Origin: Vicinamibacterales bacterium
GTDB taxonomy: Bacteria; Acidobacteriota; Vicinamibacteria; Vicinamibacterales; 2-12-FULL-66-21
Direction of reading: 5' to 3'
Assembly: GCA_036258175.1 (NCBI GenBank)
Contig: DATAEE010000263.1
Location: forward strand, 1,489 to 65,488
Length of the DNA stretch: 64,000 bases
Part shown: one piece after another, positions 34,918 through 45,196 of the stretch
How the letters are laid out: each line of letters opens with the position of its first letter
Position numbering within the stretch: the first letter of the stretch is position 1
Translations under genes and position numbers: made by a program
The notes under the pieces: generated by a model
The model's database searches: none
What the model was told of the DNA's origin: nothing
The model's input: the letters and a program-made list of their open reading frames with translations, nothing else

Positions 34918-36042
34918 ATGCGGTTCATCCTGCTGCACCCGGCCGGGCTCGCGGTTCTGGCCGCCCTCGTAGCGCCGATCCTGGTCCATCTGCTCCTGCG
35001 CCGTCGTGCGCGCCGGGTGCCATTTCCCAGCCTCCGTTTCGTCCGTCCCGCAAACGCCGCTGCAGTACGCCTTCGCGCGATAACGGACTGGCCGCTTCTG
35101 ATGGTCCGCTGCGCGATCGTTGCGGCTGCTGCGCTTGCGCTCGCGCGCCCATTGCTCGTGACGCCGGCGCGGCGCGCCGCCTGGGACGCCCGGACCGCGC
35201 GCGCAATTGTTGTCGACGTGACGCCGACGGCAGGCGATCCGTCCGCAGCGGTCGCTGAGGAGCGCCATGGGGCGTTCAACTCGACGATCATTCGATCGAC
35301 TGCAATCGACGCCGGTATCGCTGAGGCTGTCGCCTGGCTCGACACGGCCCCACCCGCGCGACGAGAAGTGGTGGTCATTTCCGACTTTCAGCTCGGAACG
35401 GTTGATCGGCTGACGGTCGATTGTGTTCCCGAGTCGGTCGGGGTGCGGTTCCGACAGACGACGCCTGCAGCGCCATCCCTCGCGGAACCCGCCGTGCAGA
35501 TCAACGTGCACGCGCCGGTTCCCGAGCGCGCGGTAGCGGACGCGGCCTTGCGCGCCGCAGGTCAGGAGAGCGCGGCGCCGGATCGCGGCGCACATCGTCG
35601 AGCGGTTGCGATTTACACGCGCGGCGTCCGTCCGCCGGAAGAGCTCGGAAGACTTCGCGCGCCCTGGATGGCAGCGGTTGCTGCGGGACTCCCGAACGCG
35701 CGTACTGGCGCGATCGACGAGCGATCGATGCTGGTCGTTCTGGATACGCCCGCGTCCTCGTTCGAGCTTCCGCGCGCGATTCGCTCCATCCGGCGTGCGC
35801 TTCTGGCGCCCACGGCGTGGCGGGAGCTCGAACCCGAGCGGCTACCGTCCGCCACGCTCGCCGCCTGGTCGCGTCCGGCTCCACCGATTGGCGGTGTCGA
35901 CGGAGAGAACGCCGATCGGGACGACCGCCGATGGTTCTGGCTGGCGGCGCTGGCCTTCATCGGGCTCGAAACGTGGCTCCGGCGCCGTGTGGATGCGAGG
36001 ACGTCGGAGGTATCGGCCGGGGAGACCGTCCGTGCGGCCTGA
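34918..36042 (+). CDS. BatA-type N-terminal double-TM domain protein
   Basis: MRFILLHPAGLAVLAALVAPILVHLLLRRRARRVPFPSLRFV...DWPLLMVRCAIVAAAALALARP (aerotolerance BatA N-terminal pattern). C-terminal TM WFWLAALAFIGLETWLRRR. Confidence 0.7.
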   Translation: MRFILLHPAGLAVLAALVAPILVHLLLRRRARRVPFPSLRFVRPANAAAVRLRAITDWPLLMVRCAIVAAAALALARPLLVTPARRAAWDARTARAIVVDVTPTAGDPSAAVAEERHGAFNSTIIRSTAIDAGIAEAVAWLDTAPPARREVVVISDFQLGTVDRLTVDCVPESVGVRFRQTTPAAPSLAEPAVQINVHAPVPERAVADAALRAAGQESAAPDRGAHRRAVAIYTRGVRPPEELGRLRAPWMAAVAAGLPNARTGAIDERSMLVVLDTPASSFELPRAIRSIRRALLAPTAWRELEPERLPSATLAAWSRPAPPIGGVDGENADRDDRRWFWLAALAFIGLETWLRRRVDARTSEVSAGETVRAA

Positions 36043-38029
36043 CGCGACCCGAGAACAGGACGCTGGAGCAGTTCGGGAACTGCTCGACCGCGGTTCACGC
36101 CGGCTGCAGATCGCGCGAGCGTTGCGCGCGACCGCGTGGGGCCCTCTCTCGCTCTTTCTGCTCCCGCGGCAGGTCCGTCGAGCGAGGCGCGAAGCCGCCA
36201 CGGCGATCGAGCGTCGCGAGAGCCGGTTCAAAAACGTTCTCATCACCGCTGATGAAATCCTTGCAGCTCGATTAGTAGTTCCGGATTACGTGGCTGCGCG
36301 GGTGATGTCGGACGCGGCCGCCGCTTCCGCGGACGTCGATCTGCGGACTGCGATTCCCCTTCGGCGTGCGGCCGCGACGGCGATTATCTCGATGCTGGTT
36401 TGGGGATTGCTGGTCGTGCTGTTGCTGCGATGGCCAGGGTCCCCGTCGTCCGAAGATTCAATTCCAGAAAGGCGGGCGAGTAAGACAGAGACGGGTGCGT
36501 GGCACGTCAACGTAACGATCGTGCCGCCCGCATATTCCGGTCGTCCGCGCGTCACCGTCGTTGACCCGGATCGTGTCGAGGCGCTCGAAGGCAGCGCGCT
36601 TCATTTGCGCGTGGATCAGGTGGCGCCGCCCCTGCGCGCCCGGACATCGAAATCGACTCGACCGCTTACCCGCAGAAACGACGGTATTCAGACAGCGGTC
36701 GTCACGTTGAACGAATCCGATTACGTCGCGCTTGAACCGGCCGGGCCTGCGACCGCCGGGACCCGATTAATCGCGGTGACCGTTGCCCCGGATCGCGCGC
36801 CTGTTTCGGTCATCACGGTCCCCGGGAAGGATTTGCTGCTTCCCGACGCCAATCGGCGGGTCGATGTCGCAGGAACTGCCACCGATGACATTGGCCTGAC
36901 TCGGCTGGAGCTACGATTCACGACGATCAGCGGGTCCGGCGAACAGTTCGATTTCAAGGAAGGCTCCGCGGTCATCACGATCGAGCGAGAGAGCGCCGGA
37001 CGCTGGCGGGCGAGGGGAGATCTACCGCTGCGTTCGCTCGGCCTTGAACCGGGCGACACCGTCATCTACCGGTTTGTCGCCTTCGACGGCCGCGGCATTG
37101 CCGGTGCGTCGGACACCTACATGGTGGATATCGCCGCGCCCGGTCAGCCGACACTCGCTGGGTTTGAACTGCCGCCGGATCGGGATCCATATGCGATCAG
37201 CCAGCAGATGATCCTGTTGAAAATCCAGCGGCTGCACGCCCGTCGTGCATCGCTCACGCCGGAAGCGCTGACCGAAGAAGCACATGGCATTGCGGCAGAG
37301 CAACGGACGGTGCGCGCTACCTTCACGTTCCTGATGGGTGGAGAGGTTCAGGACGAAGAAGAGGAAGCAGCGCACGCACACGAAATCGAGGAAGGCCGGC
37401 TCGAGAATACGGCGCGGCGCGACATGCTCGAGGCGGTCCGTCACATGACGGTCGTCGAGACGAGATTGATGACGCCTGACACTGGCGGCGCGATCCCGCC
37501 CGCGCGCGCAGCGGTGCAGGCGCTCGAGCGGGCATTCGGGCGACGCCGTTATTTCCTGCGCACGCTGCCCGTGCGCAGCCGGATCGACACATCGCGTCGT
37601 TTGTCGGGTAACCTCGCCGAGGCGCGCGATTCGTCGCGACCCGTTGAGCCCGGGGAGGAGCCTGCGGAGGCCAGTGCTGCGCGACGTGCGAGCGCCGACC
37701 TGGTCGCGTTGACGGCGCAGTTCACGCGATCAGCCACGATGCCGGCAGGTGATGCAGCGCGCTTTCTAAGTCAGGCGGCCGAGCGCATGCTGGCTCTTGA
37801 TCCGTCATCAAGCGACTTGCAGGCTGTGGCGCTGAGACTGGCACGGCGCGCCGCAGCGGTGTCGTCCGGCGCGGGTATCGAGTCGTCGGTCGGCGATCTG
37901 CGCGCGGCCCTGGACGTTGTCCTCGCACGCGCGCGGGCCCTGGCGCCGCGTCCGCTCGAGCCGGAACCGCCAGATGCGGGCCTCAAAGGGAGATGGCTGT
38001 CAGCGCTCGAGGAGGGCGGGCGCCGATAA
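36032..38029 (+). CDS. Hypothetical membrane protein of the MoxR operon
   Basis: GTG 36032 overlaps the previous gene by 11 nt. TM at AATAIISMLVWGLLVVLLLRW. Repeated beta-rich segments (VTIVPPAYSGRPRVTVVDPD...; VDVAGTATDDIGLTRLELRF...). Coding-like composition throughout; family not recognised with confidence. Confidence 0.6.
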   Translation: MRPDATREQDAGAVRELLDRGSRRLQIARALRATAWGPLSLFLLPRQVRRARREAATAIERRESRFKNVLITADEILAARLVVPDYVAARVMSDAAAASADVDLRTAIPLRRAAATAIISMLVWGLLVVLLLRWPGSPSSEDSIPERRASKTETGAWHVNVTIVPPAYSGRPRVTVVDPDRVEALEGSALHLRVDQVAPPLRARTSKSTRPLTRRNDGIQTAVVTLNESDYVALEPAGPATAGTRLIAVTVAPDRAPVSVITVPGKDLLLPDANRRVDVAGTATDDIGLTRLELRFTTISGSGEQFDFKEGSAVITIERESAGRWRARGDLPLRSLGLEPGDTVIYRFVAFDGRGIAGASDTYMVDIAAPGQPTLAGFELPPDRDPYAISQQMILLKIQRLHARRASLTPEALTEEAHGIAAEQRTVRATFTFLMGGEVQDEEEEAAHAHEIEEGRLENTARRDMLEAVRHMTVVETRLMTPDTGGAIPPARAAVQALERAFGRRRYFLRTLPVRSRIDTSRRLSGNLAEARDSSRPVEPGEEPAEASAARRASADLVALTAQFTRSATMPAGDAARFLSQAAERMLALDPSSSDLQAVALRLARRAAAVSSGAGIESSVGDLRAALDVVLARARALAPRPLEPEPPDAGLKGRWLSALEEGGRR

Positions 38030-39729
38030 TGATGCGAGTCCTGCGAGGCGCCGCGATCGTTATCGCCGCGGGAGGGGTGGTCGACCCGGCATGCGACGCC
38101 CGATCGTATGAGCGACCGACCCTATCGGTGGAGATCGTCGAGACGCCGTCGCTCGTCCTGCCGGCAGAAGGCGGCGGGACGCGATGGGATCTCGCGCGGC
38201 GCGCGCGTCAGGCTCTGCGCGACAACCTTGGCGCACAATGGGAGGTGGTTGACGGGCCTGTCTCGACAGCCGCCGCACGGGTTGTCGTCGGCGACGCGGT
38301 GCCTGCGATCGAGCTCGGACCATGGAGCGACTTGCAGACTGGCCGCGCGCCCATCCACGCCGTCACTGTTGCATCTCAGCTCCCCACAAACGTTCGGATC
38401 GTCAGTGCCAGCGCGCCGCGGCAGATCACCATTTGGGATGCGGCGGCGATCGACGCTTCGATAGAAGGGCGTGGACTCAAAGGCCACAAGGTCACCGTGC
38501 GCCTCTTCAAAGATGACGTGGCGCTCGCGTCGACGGAACACGTATGGCAATCGGACGTGGAGGTATTCGACGCCCGCCTGATGTTCCTTCCCCCGGCGGT
38601 TGGCCTCCACCGCCTCGAAATCCGCGCGTCGAGCTCACTTGCTGAACGTACGGACGTCGACAACCGGGTCTCGTTGCTGGTCGGCACCAACGCCGTTCGG
38701 CGGCGAGTGCTTGTGTATCAGCCGCGGTTGTCCTGGATGGGTGCGTTCGTCGCACGCGCGATCGAACGCGATCCGCGGTTCGAGCTGGCCGCTCGTGCGC
38801 AGGCGTCGCGCGGGGTAGCCGTATCTGCCGGCAAAGCGCTGGAAGGATTCGATACCTTCGACGTTGTCGTCGTAGGCGCTCCTGATGCGCTCACGGATGC
38901 CGAGGTCGAAGCGTTGAACCGGTACGTGAACGGGCGCGGTGGATCGGTTCTGCTCGTCGCCGATCGCAGGCCGGGAGGGCCGTACGTCCGGCTGGCGCCA
39001 TCGGCATCGTTCGACGAGGTACTGCTCCAGAAGCCCACGGACATCGCGCCTGGCCTTCGTGCGTCGGAGCTGAGTGTGCCGAACCGGCCGCGAGAAGGTT
39101 GGGAGCCGCTGACATCGGATCGCACCCAGCCCGTGCTGATGTCGGTTCCACGCGGCCGAGGGCGGCTGGTTTTTTCAGGTGCTCTCGACGCATGGCGCTA
39201 CCGAGAAGGCAGTCGGTATTGGCAGGATCTCGTCGCCGGCCTTGCGGCGCGGACGCCCGCCGACGTCCACGTGCAGGTCGAGCCGCCTGTGGCTCGCCCT
39301 GGCGAACTGATTGAAGTGTCATCGAACGCGCCCTTGGCCCGAATCGACGATCAGGCGATTCGGCTTTGGCCGGGCGGAGAGCCGGGGATCTTTCGCGGTC
39401 AGTTCCGTTGGCCGGCGGCCACGGAGTCGATCAGCGTCACGGCCGAGAAAGAAGGTGCGATCGCGCAGACCGTTGTCTCAGTAGATCCGGGCGCAGCGGA
39501 CGCCTGGCGCGATCGGGACGCCGCGCTGGGAGCGTTTGCTGCAGCACATGGCGGACGGATCGTTTCTGCGCAGGACATCGGCCGGCTCGTCAATGAACTG
39601 CGGCAAACGGCCGAACGTCGGCCAACCTCACGCACCGTCCGGCCGATGCACAGCGTCTGGTGGATCGCGCCATTCGCAGCCTTCCTTGCAGCGGAATGGA
39701 CGCTGCGCCGCCGTCGTCACCTGCACTAG
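38029..39729 (+). CDS. Hypothetical protein of the MoxR operon with a possible glutamine-amidotransferase-like (ThuA/DUF1355-type) module and a C-terminal TM anchor
   Basis: TAATG overlap with the previous gene. RRVLVYQPRLSWMGAFVARAIERDPRFEL...FDVVVVGAPDALTDAEVEALNRYVNGRGGSVLLVAD. C-terminus WWIAPFAAFLAAEWTLRRRRHLH. Confidence 0.55.
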   Translation: MMRVLRGAAIVIAAGGVVDPACDARSYERPTLSVEIVETPSLVLPAEGGGTRWDLARRARQALRDNLGAQWEVVDGPVSTAAARVVVGDAVPAIELGPWSDLQTGRAPIHAVTVASQLPTNVRIVSASAPRQITIWDAAAIDASIEGRGLKGHKVTVRLFKDDVALASTEHVWQSDVEVFDARLMFLPPAVGLHRLEIRASSSLAERTDVDNRVSLLVGTNAVRRRVLVYQPRLSWMGAFVARAIERDPRFELAARAQASRGVAVSAGKALEGFDTFDVVVVGAPDALTDAEVEALNRYVNGRGGSVLLVADRRPGGPYVRLAPSASFDEVLLQKPTDIAPGLRASELSVPNRPREGWEPLTSDRTQPVLMSVPRGRGRLVFSGALDAWRYREGSRYWQDLVAGLAARTPADVHVQVEPPVARPGELIEVSSNAPLARIDDQAIRLWPGGEPGIFRGQFRWPAATESISVTAEKEGAIAQTVVSVDPGAADAWRDRDAALGAFAAAHGGRIVSAQDIGRLVNELRQTAERRPTSRTVRPMHSVWWIAPFAAFLAAEWTLRRRRHLH

Positions 39730-39740
39730 AATGACGCTTC

Positions 39741-41096
39741 ATGAGCTATTCGCGCGAGGAAGTCAAAGCGATCACCGACAAGATCCTCAACATGGCCAAG
39801 GCCGACGCCGTCGAAGTGTCGTTTTCCGGCGGCGAGCGATCGGCCTGCCGGTACGCTAACTCGAGCATCACCGCCAACCTCGTCGAGCACGACCAGGAAG
39901 TCGAGATTACGGTTTATTACGGGCAGAAAACCGCGTCGACGTCGACGCATCAGTTCGACGATGCGTCGCTCAAGACTGCGATAAACCAGGTACAAGAGCT
40001 CGCGAAGCGGAAGCCCGACAACCCTGAGTTGATGCCGCCGGTCAAACCGCCGCAAGAGTATCTGTCGGTGGAGTCCGCTCTTTCGCCGGCTGTGAATTTC
40101 GGGCCGGCGGAGCGCGCGCAGCTCGTCAAGAAGTCCATCGACATTTGCGAGAAGAAGGGCGTGCTCGGGGCGGGTTACATCCCGAAAATGCACTGGACCG
40201 ACGCGCTGGCGAATTCAGAGGGACTCTTCGCGTACCACCGTTATGCGAATGCGAGTTTCATTCTTACCTGTCGCACTCCGGACGGGACCGGATCGGGCTG
40301 GTCTGGCACGACCGGCGTGATCGACCCGACGACCATCGACGCGGCCGGGCTGACTGAAGTCGCGGCTGACAAGGCGGTGACGTCGCGCAAGCCGCGTGCG
40401 CTGGAGCCGGGGAACTACACCGTCATCCTGGAACCGCGGCCCGCCGCGCGGTTTCTGGCGCTGATGATGGGAATCTTCAACGCGCGCGCAGCCGAGGAGG
40501 GGCGCAGCTTCATGAGCGGCGCTCAGCGCGGCGAAACGAAACTCGGACAAAAGCTGTTCGGCGAGAACGTGACGATCCGAAGCGAGATCGGTCATCCGAT
40601 GCTGCGGCAGACACCGGTCGGCCCGGATGGCCTCGCGGCGCGAAGCCTTCCGTGGGTAGAGAAGGGGGTCGTGAAGAACCTCTTCTACGATCGCTTCTGG
40701 GCGAAAAAGCAGGGTAAGGAGCCGACACCGACGGCGCCGCAGATGAGCCTCGTGATGGAAGGAGGCACGACGAGCGTCGCCGAAATGATCAAGACGACGA
40801 AGCGCGGGCTGCTCGTGACGTTCTTTTGGTACATTCGAGTCGTCGAGCCGATGACGCTGCTGAATACCGGGATGACCCGCGATGGTCTCTTTCTGATCGA
40901 AAACGGCGAAATCACCGGACCGGCGCAGAACTTCCGCTGGAACGAGTCGCCCGCCGTCGGCTTCAACAACATCACCGCGCTCGGCCCGTCTATTCTCATG
41001 CATACCGGCGAGGCCTACGACAACCCGGGGACGGCCCTCGTCCCAGCCTTGCGCATCGAGGACTTCACGATGACGTCGATTTCTCCAGCGGTGTAG
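39741..41096 (+). CDS. TldD/PmbA family metallopeptidase (PmbA-like, no signal peptide)
   Basis: MSYSREEVKAITDKILNMAKADAVEVSFSGGERSACRYANSSITANL...; ...GLLVTFFWYIRVVEPMTLLNTGMTRDGLFLIENGEI. Confidence 0.85.
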   Translation: MSYSREEVKAITDKILNMAKADAVEVSFSGGERSACRYANSSITANLVEHDQEVEITVYYGQKTASTSTHQFDDASLKTAINQVQELAKRKPDNPELMPPVKPPQEYLSVESALSPAVNFGPAERAQLVKKSIDICEKKGVLGAGYIPKMHWTDALANSEGLFAYHRYANASFILTCRTPDGTGSGWSGTTGVIDPTTIDAAGLTEVAADKAVTSRKPRALEPGNYTVILEPRPAARFLALMMGIFNARAAEEGRSFMSGAQRGETKLGQKLFGENVTIRSEIGHPMLRQTPVGPDGLAARSLPWVEKGVVKNLFYDRFWAKKQGKEPTPTAPQMSLVMEGGTTSVAEMIKTTKRGLLVTFFWYIRVVEPMTLLNTGMTRDGLFLIENGEITGPAQNFRWNESPAVGFNNITALGPSILMHTGEAYDNPGTALVPALRIEDFTMTSISPAV

Positions 41097-41098
41097 CA

Positions 41099-42679
41099 AT
41101 GAGACGACGAGACTTTCTCCGAACGACCGCCGCGGCCGGCGCTGCGCTCGCTGCGAGTGACCTCGTTGCCGACCTCGTCGCGCAATCGTCCGGCAAGCGC
41201 GTGCTCGAATCGCGGTTCAAAGGGCTGTCGGACGTCGCCCTCCGCGAGGCGAAGCGGCTAGGGTGCTCGTACGGCGACATCCGGTTTACGCGGAACGTGG
41301 ACGACTCCGTCAGCGTCAGGGACCGGATCGTCACGGAGGGGTTTGGCTTTGGCGGCCGCGGCCGAAGCGAAAGCGCAGGGTTTGGGGTCCGCGTGATCCA
41401 CGGCGGGGTGTGGGGCTTCTCGAGCAGTCCGATCGTGACCGAGGACGAGATCCGGAAGACGACTCGAATCGCGGTCGACGTCGCCAAAGCGAGCGCGATC
41501 GCGAAACGTGTCGATGTGAAGCTCGTCCCCGTGCCGGCCTATACCGACTACTGGGCCGTTCCAATCAAGCGGGATCCGTTCCAGGTTCCCCTCGACGAGA
41601 AGATCGCTTTTCTCATGAAGGTGAACGAGGCGGTCCTCAAGAACAAGGACGTGTTTCGCGTGCAGTCGGCGATGGCGTTCGATTACGAGTGGAAGTACCT
41701 GGCGACGTCCGAGGGCTCGTACATCGAGCAGGAAGTGTGGCGCACGTCCCCAGGATTCAACGTAATTGCGCGGAAGGGCCGGTCCGTCAAGAGCCGCACG
41801 TTCAACGTGCCGCCGCGAACCGGCGGCTACGAAATCGTCGAGAACTCGCAGATGCTCGAAAACGCCGAACGGATCGCCGCCGAGGCCGTCGAGCATGCCG
41901 GTGCGCCGCCGGTGCAGGCCGGCGTCAAGGACCTCGTGCTGACGCCGTCGCACGCGATGCTCACGATCCACGAAATCATTGCGCACCCTACGGAACTGGA
42001 TCGCGTGCTGGGTTACGAGGCGAACTACGCGGGCACCAGCTTCATCAAGCTCGCCGACGTCGGGAAGTTGAAGTACGGGTCGAAACAGTTCAACGTCACG
42101 GGCGATCGAACGATCCCCGGCGGCATGTGCACGATTGGCTATGACGACGATGGCGTGAAGCCGATGGAGTTTCCGATCGTGCGGGAGGGGGTCCTCGTCG
42201 GACTACAGAGCAACCGCGAGACAGCGCACTTTCTCAGCCTGAAGCAGTCGCACGGCTGCACGTTCGCGACGTCGTGGCGGAACTTTCCGTTCCTGCGCAT
42301 GCCGAACGTCCACGTGGACGCCGGCCCGCCAGGATCGCCAAGCCCTGAAGAAATCATCGCGGACACCAAGGACGGCATCCTCATCGAGGGCCGCGGGAGC
42401 TATTCGATCGACCAGCAGCGCTACAACGGCCAGTTCGGAGGCGACGCGTTCTGGGAGATTAAGAACGGCAAGGTCACCCGCATGGTGTCCGACGTGACCT
42501 ACAACGCGATCACGACCGACTTCTGGGCGAATCTCGACGCGGTCTCCGGGAAGGAGTCGTGGCAGATGTTCGGCACGACGGGAGACGCCAAAGGCCAGCC
42601 GGTCCAGATCAATCACCCGTCGCACGGGTCGCCGTATCTGCGCATCCGGCGCATGATGGTCGGGGCGGCGTACACGTAG
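41099..42679 (+). CDS. TldD/PmbA family metallopeptidase (TldD-like) with twin-arginine signal
   Basis: MRRRDFLRTTAAAGAALAASDLVA (Tat motif RRxFL). ...GCSYGDIRFTRN...HEIIAHPTELDRVLGYEANYAGTSF (HExxxH-like TldD motif). Confidence 0.85.
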   Translation: MRRRDFLRTTAAAGAALAASDLVADLVAQSSGKRVLESRFKGLSDVALREAKRLGCSYGDIRFTRNVDDSVSVRDRIVTEGFGFGGRGRSESAGFGVRVIHGGVWGFSSSPIVTEDEIRKTTRIAVDVAKASAIAKRVDVKLVPVPAYTDYWAVPIKRDPFQVPLDEKIAFLMKVNEAVLKNKDVFRVQSAMAFDYEWKYLATSEGSYIEQEVWRTSPGFNVIARKGRSVKSRTFNVPPRTGGYEIVENSQMLENAERIAAEAVEHAGAPPVQAGVKDLVLTPSHAMLTIHEIIAHPTELDRVLGYEANYAGTSFIKLADVGKLKYGSKQFNVTGDRTIPGGMCTIGYDDDGVKPMEFPIVREGVLVGLQSNRETAHFLSLKQSHGCTFATSWRNFPFLRMPNVHVDAGPPGSPSPEEIIADTKDGILIEGRGSYSIDQQRYNGQFGGDAFWEIKNGKVTRMVSDVTYNAITTDFWANLDAVSGKESWQMFGTTGDAKGQPVQINHPSHGSPYLRIRRMMVGAAYT

Positions 42680-42712
42680 GGCTTGGGGCCTGGGGTTTAG
42701 GGGCCCGCGAGT

Positions 42713-43612
42713 ATGATCGACGCCTATCTCACTCACCTGCGGTCTGTGCGTCGGCTGTCGCCAAATACAGTGGAGAGCTACGGGCGCGACCTGGGCGATC
42801 TCACCGCGTTTGCCGAGAGAAAGAAGACGACGCTCGACGCGCTCGGCAGGAGGGACCTCGAGGCGTTTGTTCGATCGTTGATGACGGCGGGCCGGTCGCC
42901 GCGATCCGTGGGCCGCGCGGTCGCGACCGTGCGCGGCTTTTACCGGTTCCTCGCGGCGTCGGGGCGCGTTGGCGCCGATCCGGCCGACGATCTTCGCGCG
43001 CCACGCGCCTGGCAAGCGCTTCCGAAGGCTATTGGCGTCGAAGACGTGGATCGACTCCTCGAGGCGCCGGATCCGTCGACGCCTCGTGGTTTACGGGATC
43101 GCGCGCTCCTCGAGCTGCTGTATGCCACTGGGCTGCGCGTCTCCGAGCTCGTCGCGCTGCGGCCAGCGGATGTGAACCTCGAAGCGGGCTACCTGACCTG
43201 CACCGGGAAAGGCGAGAAGCAGAGGATGGTGCCGATTGGCCAGACGGCCGCAGCCTGGGTGGCGCGCTACATGCGCGAGGCGCGTCCCACGTTGTTGCAT
43301 CAGTCCGGCTCGAAACGCCCGCGTAGAGACTCTGCGTGGCTGTTCGTCAACGCGCGCGGTGGAACGGGGCTGACGCGGGTCGGATTCTGGAAGATACTCA
43401 AGGGCTACGGGCGGCAAGTGGGGCTGGCGCGCGGGCTCAGCCCGCATGTGCTGCGGCACTCGTTTGCCACGCATCTCCTGGAGCGCGGCGCGGACCTGCG
43501 GGCGATCCAGATGATGCTGGGACACGCGGACCTCTCGACGACGCAGATATACACGCACGTGCTGGAGGCGCGGCTGCGCAACGTGTACGACAAGTTTCAT
43601 CCGCGCGCCTAG
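42713..43612 (+). CDS. xerD: Tyrosine site-specific recombinase XerD/XerC
   Basis: MIDAYLTHLRSVRRLSPNTVESYGRDLGDL...RDRALLELLYATGLRVSELVAL...HVLRHSFATHLLERGADLRAIQMMLGHADLSTTQIYTHV (R-H-R-Y catalytic pattern). Confidence 0.85.
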   Translation: MIDAYLTHLRSVRRLSPNTVESYGRDLGDLTAFAERKKTTLDALGRRDLEAFVRSLMTAGRSPRSVGRAVATVRGFYRFLAASGRVGADPADDLRAPRAWQALPKAIGVEDVDRLLEAPDPSTPRGLRDRALLELLYATGLRVSELVALRPADVNLEAGYLTCTGKGEKQRMVPIGQTAAAWVARYMREARPTLLHQSGSKRPRRDSAWLFVNARGGTGLTRVGFWKILKGYGRQVGLARGLSPHVLRHSFATHLLERGADLRAIQMMLGHADLSTTQIYTHVLEARLRNVYDKFHPRA

Positions 43613-43617
43613 CAACT

Positions 43618-43971
43618 ATGGCCCTGCAAATCAACGAGCGGACGACCGGCGACGTGACGATTCTCGATCTGAAGGGACGTGTCGTCCTTGGCGAGGGAGA
43701 CGACCCGTTCCGTCAGCGGATCGAAGCACTCATCAAGCGAGGATCGCTGAAGATCATCCTCAATCTTCGCGAGGTTACCTACATCGACAGCGCGGGCGTC
43801 GGCGTGATGGTGGGGAGGCTCGTGGCCATGCGGAAGCTCGGCGGTGACATCCGCCTGATCAACCTCGTGCAGCGCAATCTCCGCGTGATGACGATCACGA
43901 AGCTCGTCAGCGTCTTCGAAACGTTCGAATCGGAAGAGGAAGCGGTCCGGAGCTTCGACAAAACGAACTAG
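43618..43971 (+). CDS. STAS-domain anti-sigma-factor antagonist
   Basis: MALQINERTTGDVTILDLKGRVVLGEGD...LNLREVTYIDSAGVGVMVG...LINLVQRNLRVMTITKL. The conserved phosphorylatable Ser sits in DSAG. Confidence 0.85.
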   Translation: MALQINERTTGDVTILDLKGRVVLGEGDDPFRQRIEALIKRGSLKIILNLREVTYIDSAGVGVMVGRLVAMRKLGGDIRLINLVQRNLRVMTITKLVSVFETFESEEEAVRSFDKTN

Positions 43972-44044
43972 CGGCGGCGTGCGTTGACCGCGCGCCGTGG
44001 GCTTTGTTAGAGTTAGCTGTTTGTCCGCCTTCAAGGAGCGCGCG

Positions 44045-45196
44045 ATGGGCCGTACCGGCCGCCACCTCTTTACTTCCGAGTCTGTCACCGAAGGGCATCC
44101 CGACAAGATCGCTGATCAGATTTCCGACGCCATTCTCGATGCCATTCTCGCGCAGGATCCGGTCGGCCGGGTCGCGTGCGAGACGCTCGTCACCACCGGC
44201 CTCGCCATCGTTGCCGGAGAGATCACGACGAGCTGTTACGTCGACTTTCCTGAAATCGTCCGCGAGACAATCAAGGACGTCGGTTACACGCGCGCCAAGT
44301 ACGGGTTCGACTACGAGACCTGCGCCGTGCTGTCATCGATTCACGGGCAGTCGCCGGATATCGCAATGGGCGTCGACCCGGGTGGCGCCGGCGATCAGGG
44401 GCTGATGTTCGGGTACGCCTGCACCGAGACCGAGGAGCTGATGCCGCTCCCGATCATGCTCGCGCACAAACTGTGCCGCGGGCTGTCGTGCGCGCGGCGC
44501 GACGGCGTGCTCGATTACCTGAGACCCGACGGCAAGTCGCAGGTCACCGTCGAGTACGAGGGCGCGAAGCCGGTGCGCGTGGACGCCGTCGTCGTGTCGA
44601 CGCAGCACAGCCCGACGGTGTCGAACGACGTGATGCGCGAGGACATCGTCGAGAAGATCGTCAGCCGCGTCGTCCCGCAGGAAATGATCGATCGCAACAC
44701 GAAGTTCTACATCAATCCGACCGGCCGGTTCGTGATCGGGGGTCCGCAGGGAGACGCGGGCGTCACGGGCCGCAAGATCATCGTGGATACGTACGGTGGC
44801 GCGGCGCCCCACGGGGGCGGCGCATTCTCCGGCAAGGATCCCACGAAGGTTGATCGCTCCGCCTGCTACATGGCGCGCTTCATCGCAAAGAATTGCGTCG
44901 CGGCCGGGCTGGCCGATCGCGTCCTCGTGCAGCTCGCCTATGCGATCGGTGTGGCCGAACCGGTCTCCGTGCTCGTGGACAGCTACGGTACCGGCCGCGT
45001 GAGTGACGACAAAATGAGCGACCTCGTGCGCTCACACTTCAAGCTGACACCCCGCGGGATCATGGAAACACTCGATCTGCGGCGGCCCATCTACAAGAAA
45101 ACCGCAGCGTTCGGGCACTTCGGCCGCACCGAGCCGGAGTTTACGTGGGAGCGTACCGACAAGGCGAACGCCCTCCGCGCCGACGCCGGGCTCTAA
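44045..45196 (+). CDS. metK: S-adenosylmethionine synthase
   Basis: [33 protein letters not shown]..., [28 protein letters not shown]. Confidence 0.95.
   Translation: MGRTGRHLFTSESVTEGHPDKIADQISDAILDAILAQDPVGRVACETLVTTGLAIVAGEITTSCYVDFPEIVRETIKDVGYTRAKYGFDYETCAVLSSIHGQSPDIAMGVDPGGAGDQGLMFGYACTETEELMPLPIMLAHKLCRGLSCARRDGVLDYLRPDGKSQVTVEYEGAKPVRVDAVVVSTQHSPTVSNDVMREDIVEKIVSRVVPQEMIDRNTKFYINPTGRFVIGGPQGDAGVTGRKIIVDTYGGAAPHGGGAFSGKDPTKVDRSACYMARFIAKNCVAAGLADRVLVQLAYAIGVAEPVSVLVDSYGTGRVSDDKMSDLVRSHFKLTPRGIMETLDLRRPIYKKTAAFGHFGRTEPEFTWERTDKANALRADAGL

Noticed and set aside
42713-43612. Tyrosine recombinase as marker of an integrated mobile element
   Set aside because: The sequence pattern is that of housekeeping XerD/XerC. 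The neighbours are core genes (TldD, STAS, metK). I saw no flanking direct repeats, tRNA target or cargo genes.
43972-44044. Possible SAM riboswitch upstream of metK
   Set aside because: The gap is only 73 nt and contains a plausible TTGACC-18-TAGAGT promoter. That leaves too little room and no conserved SAM-I helices.
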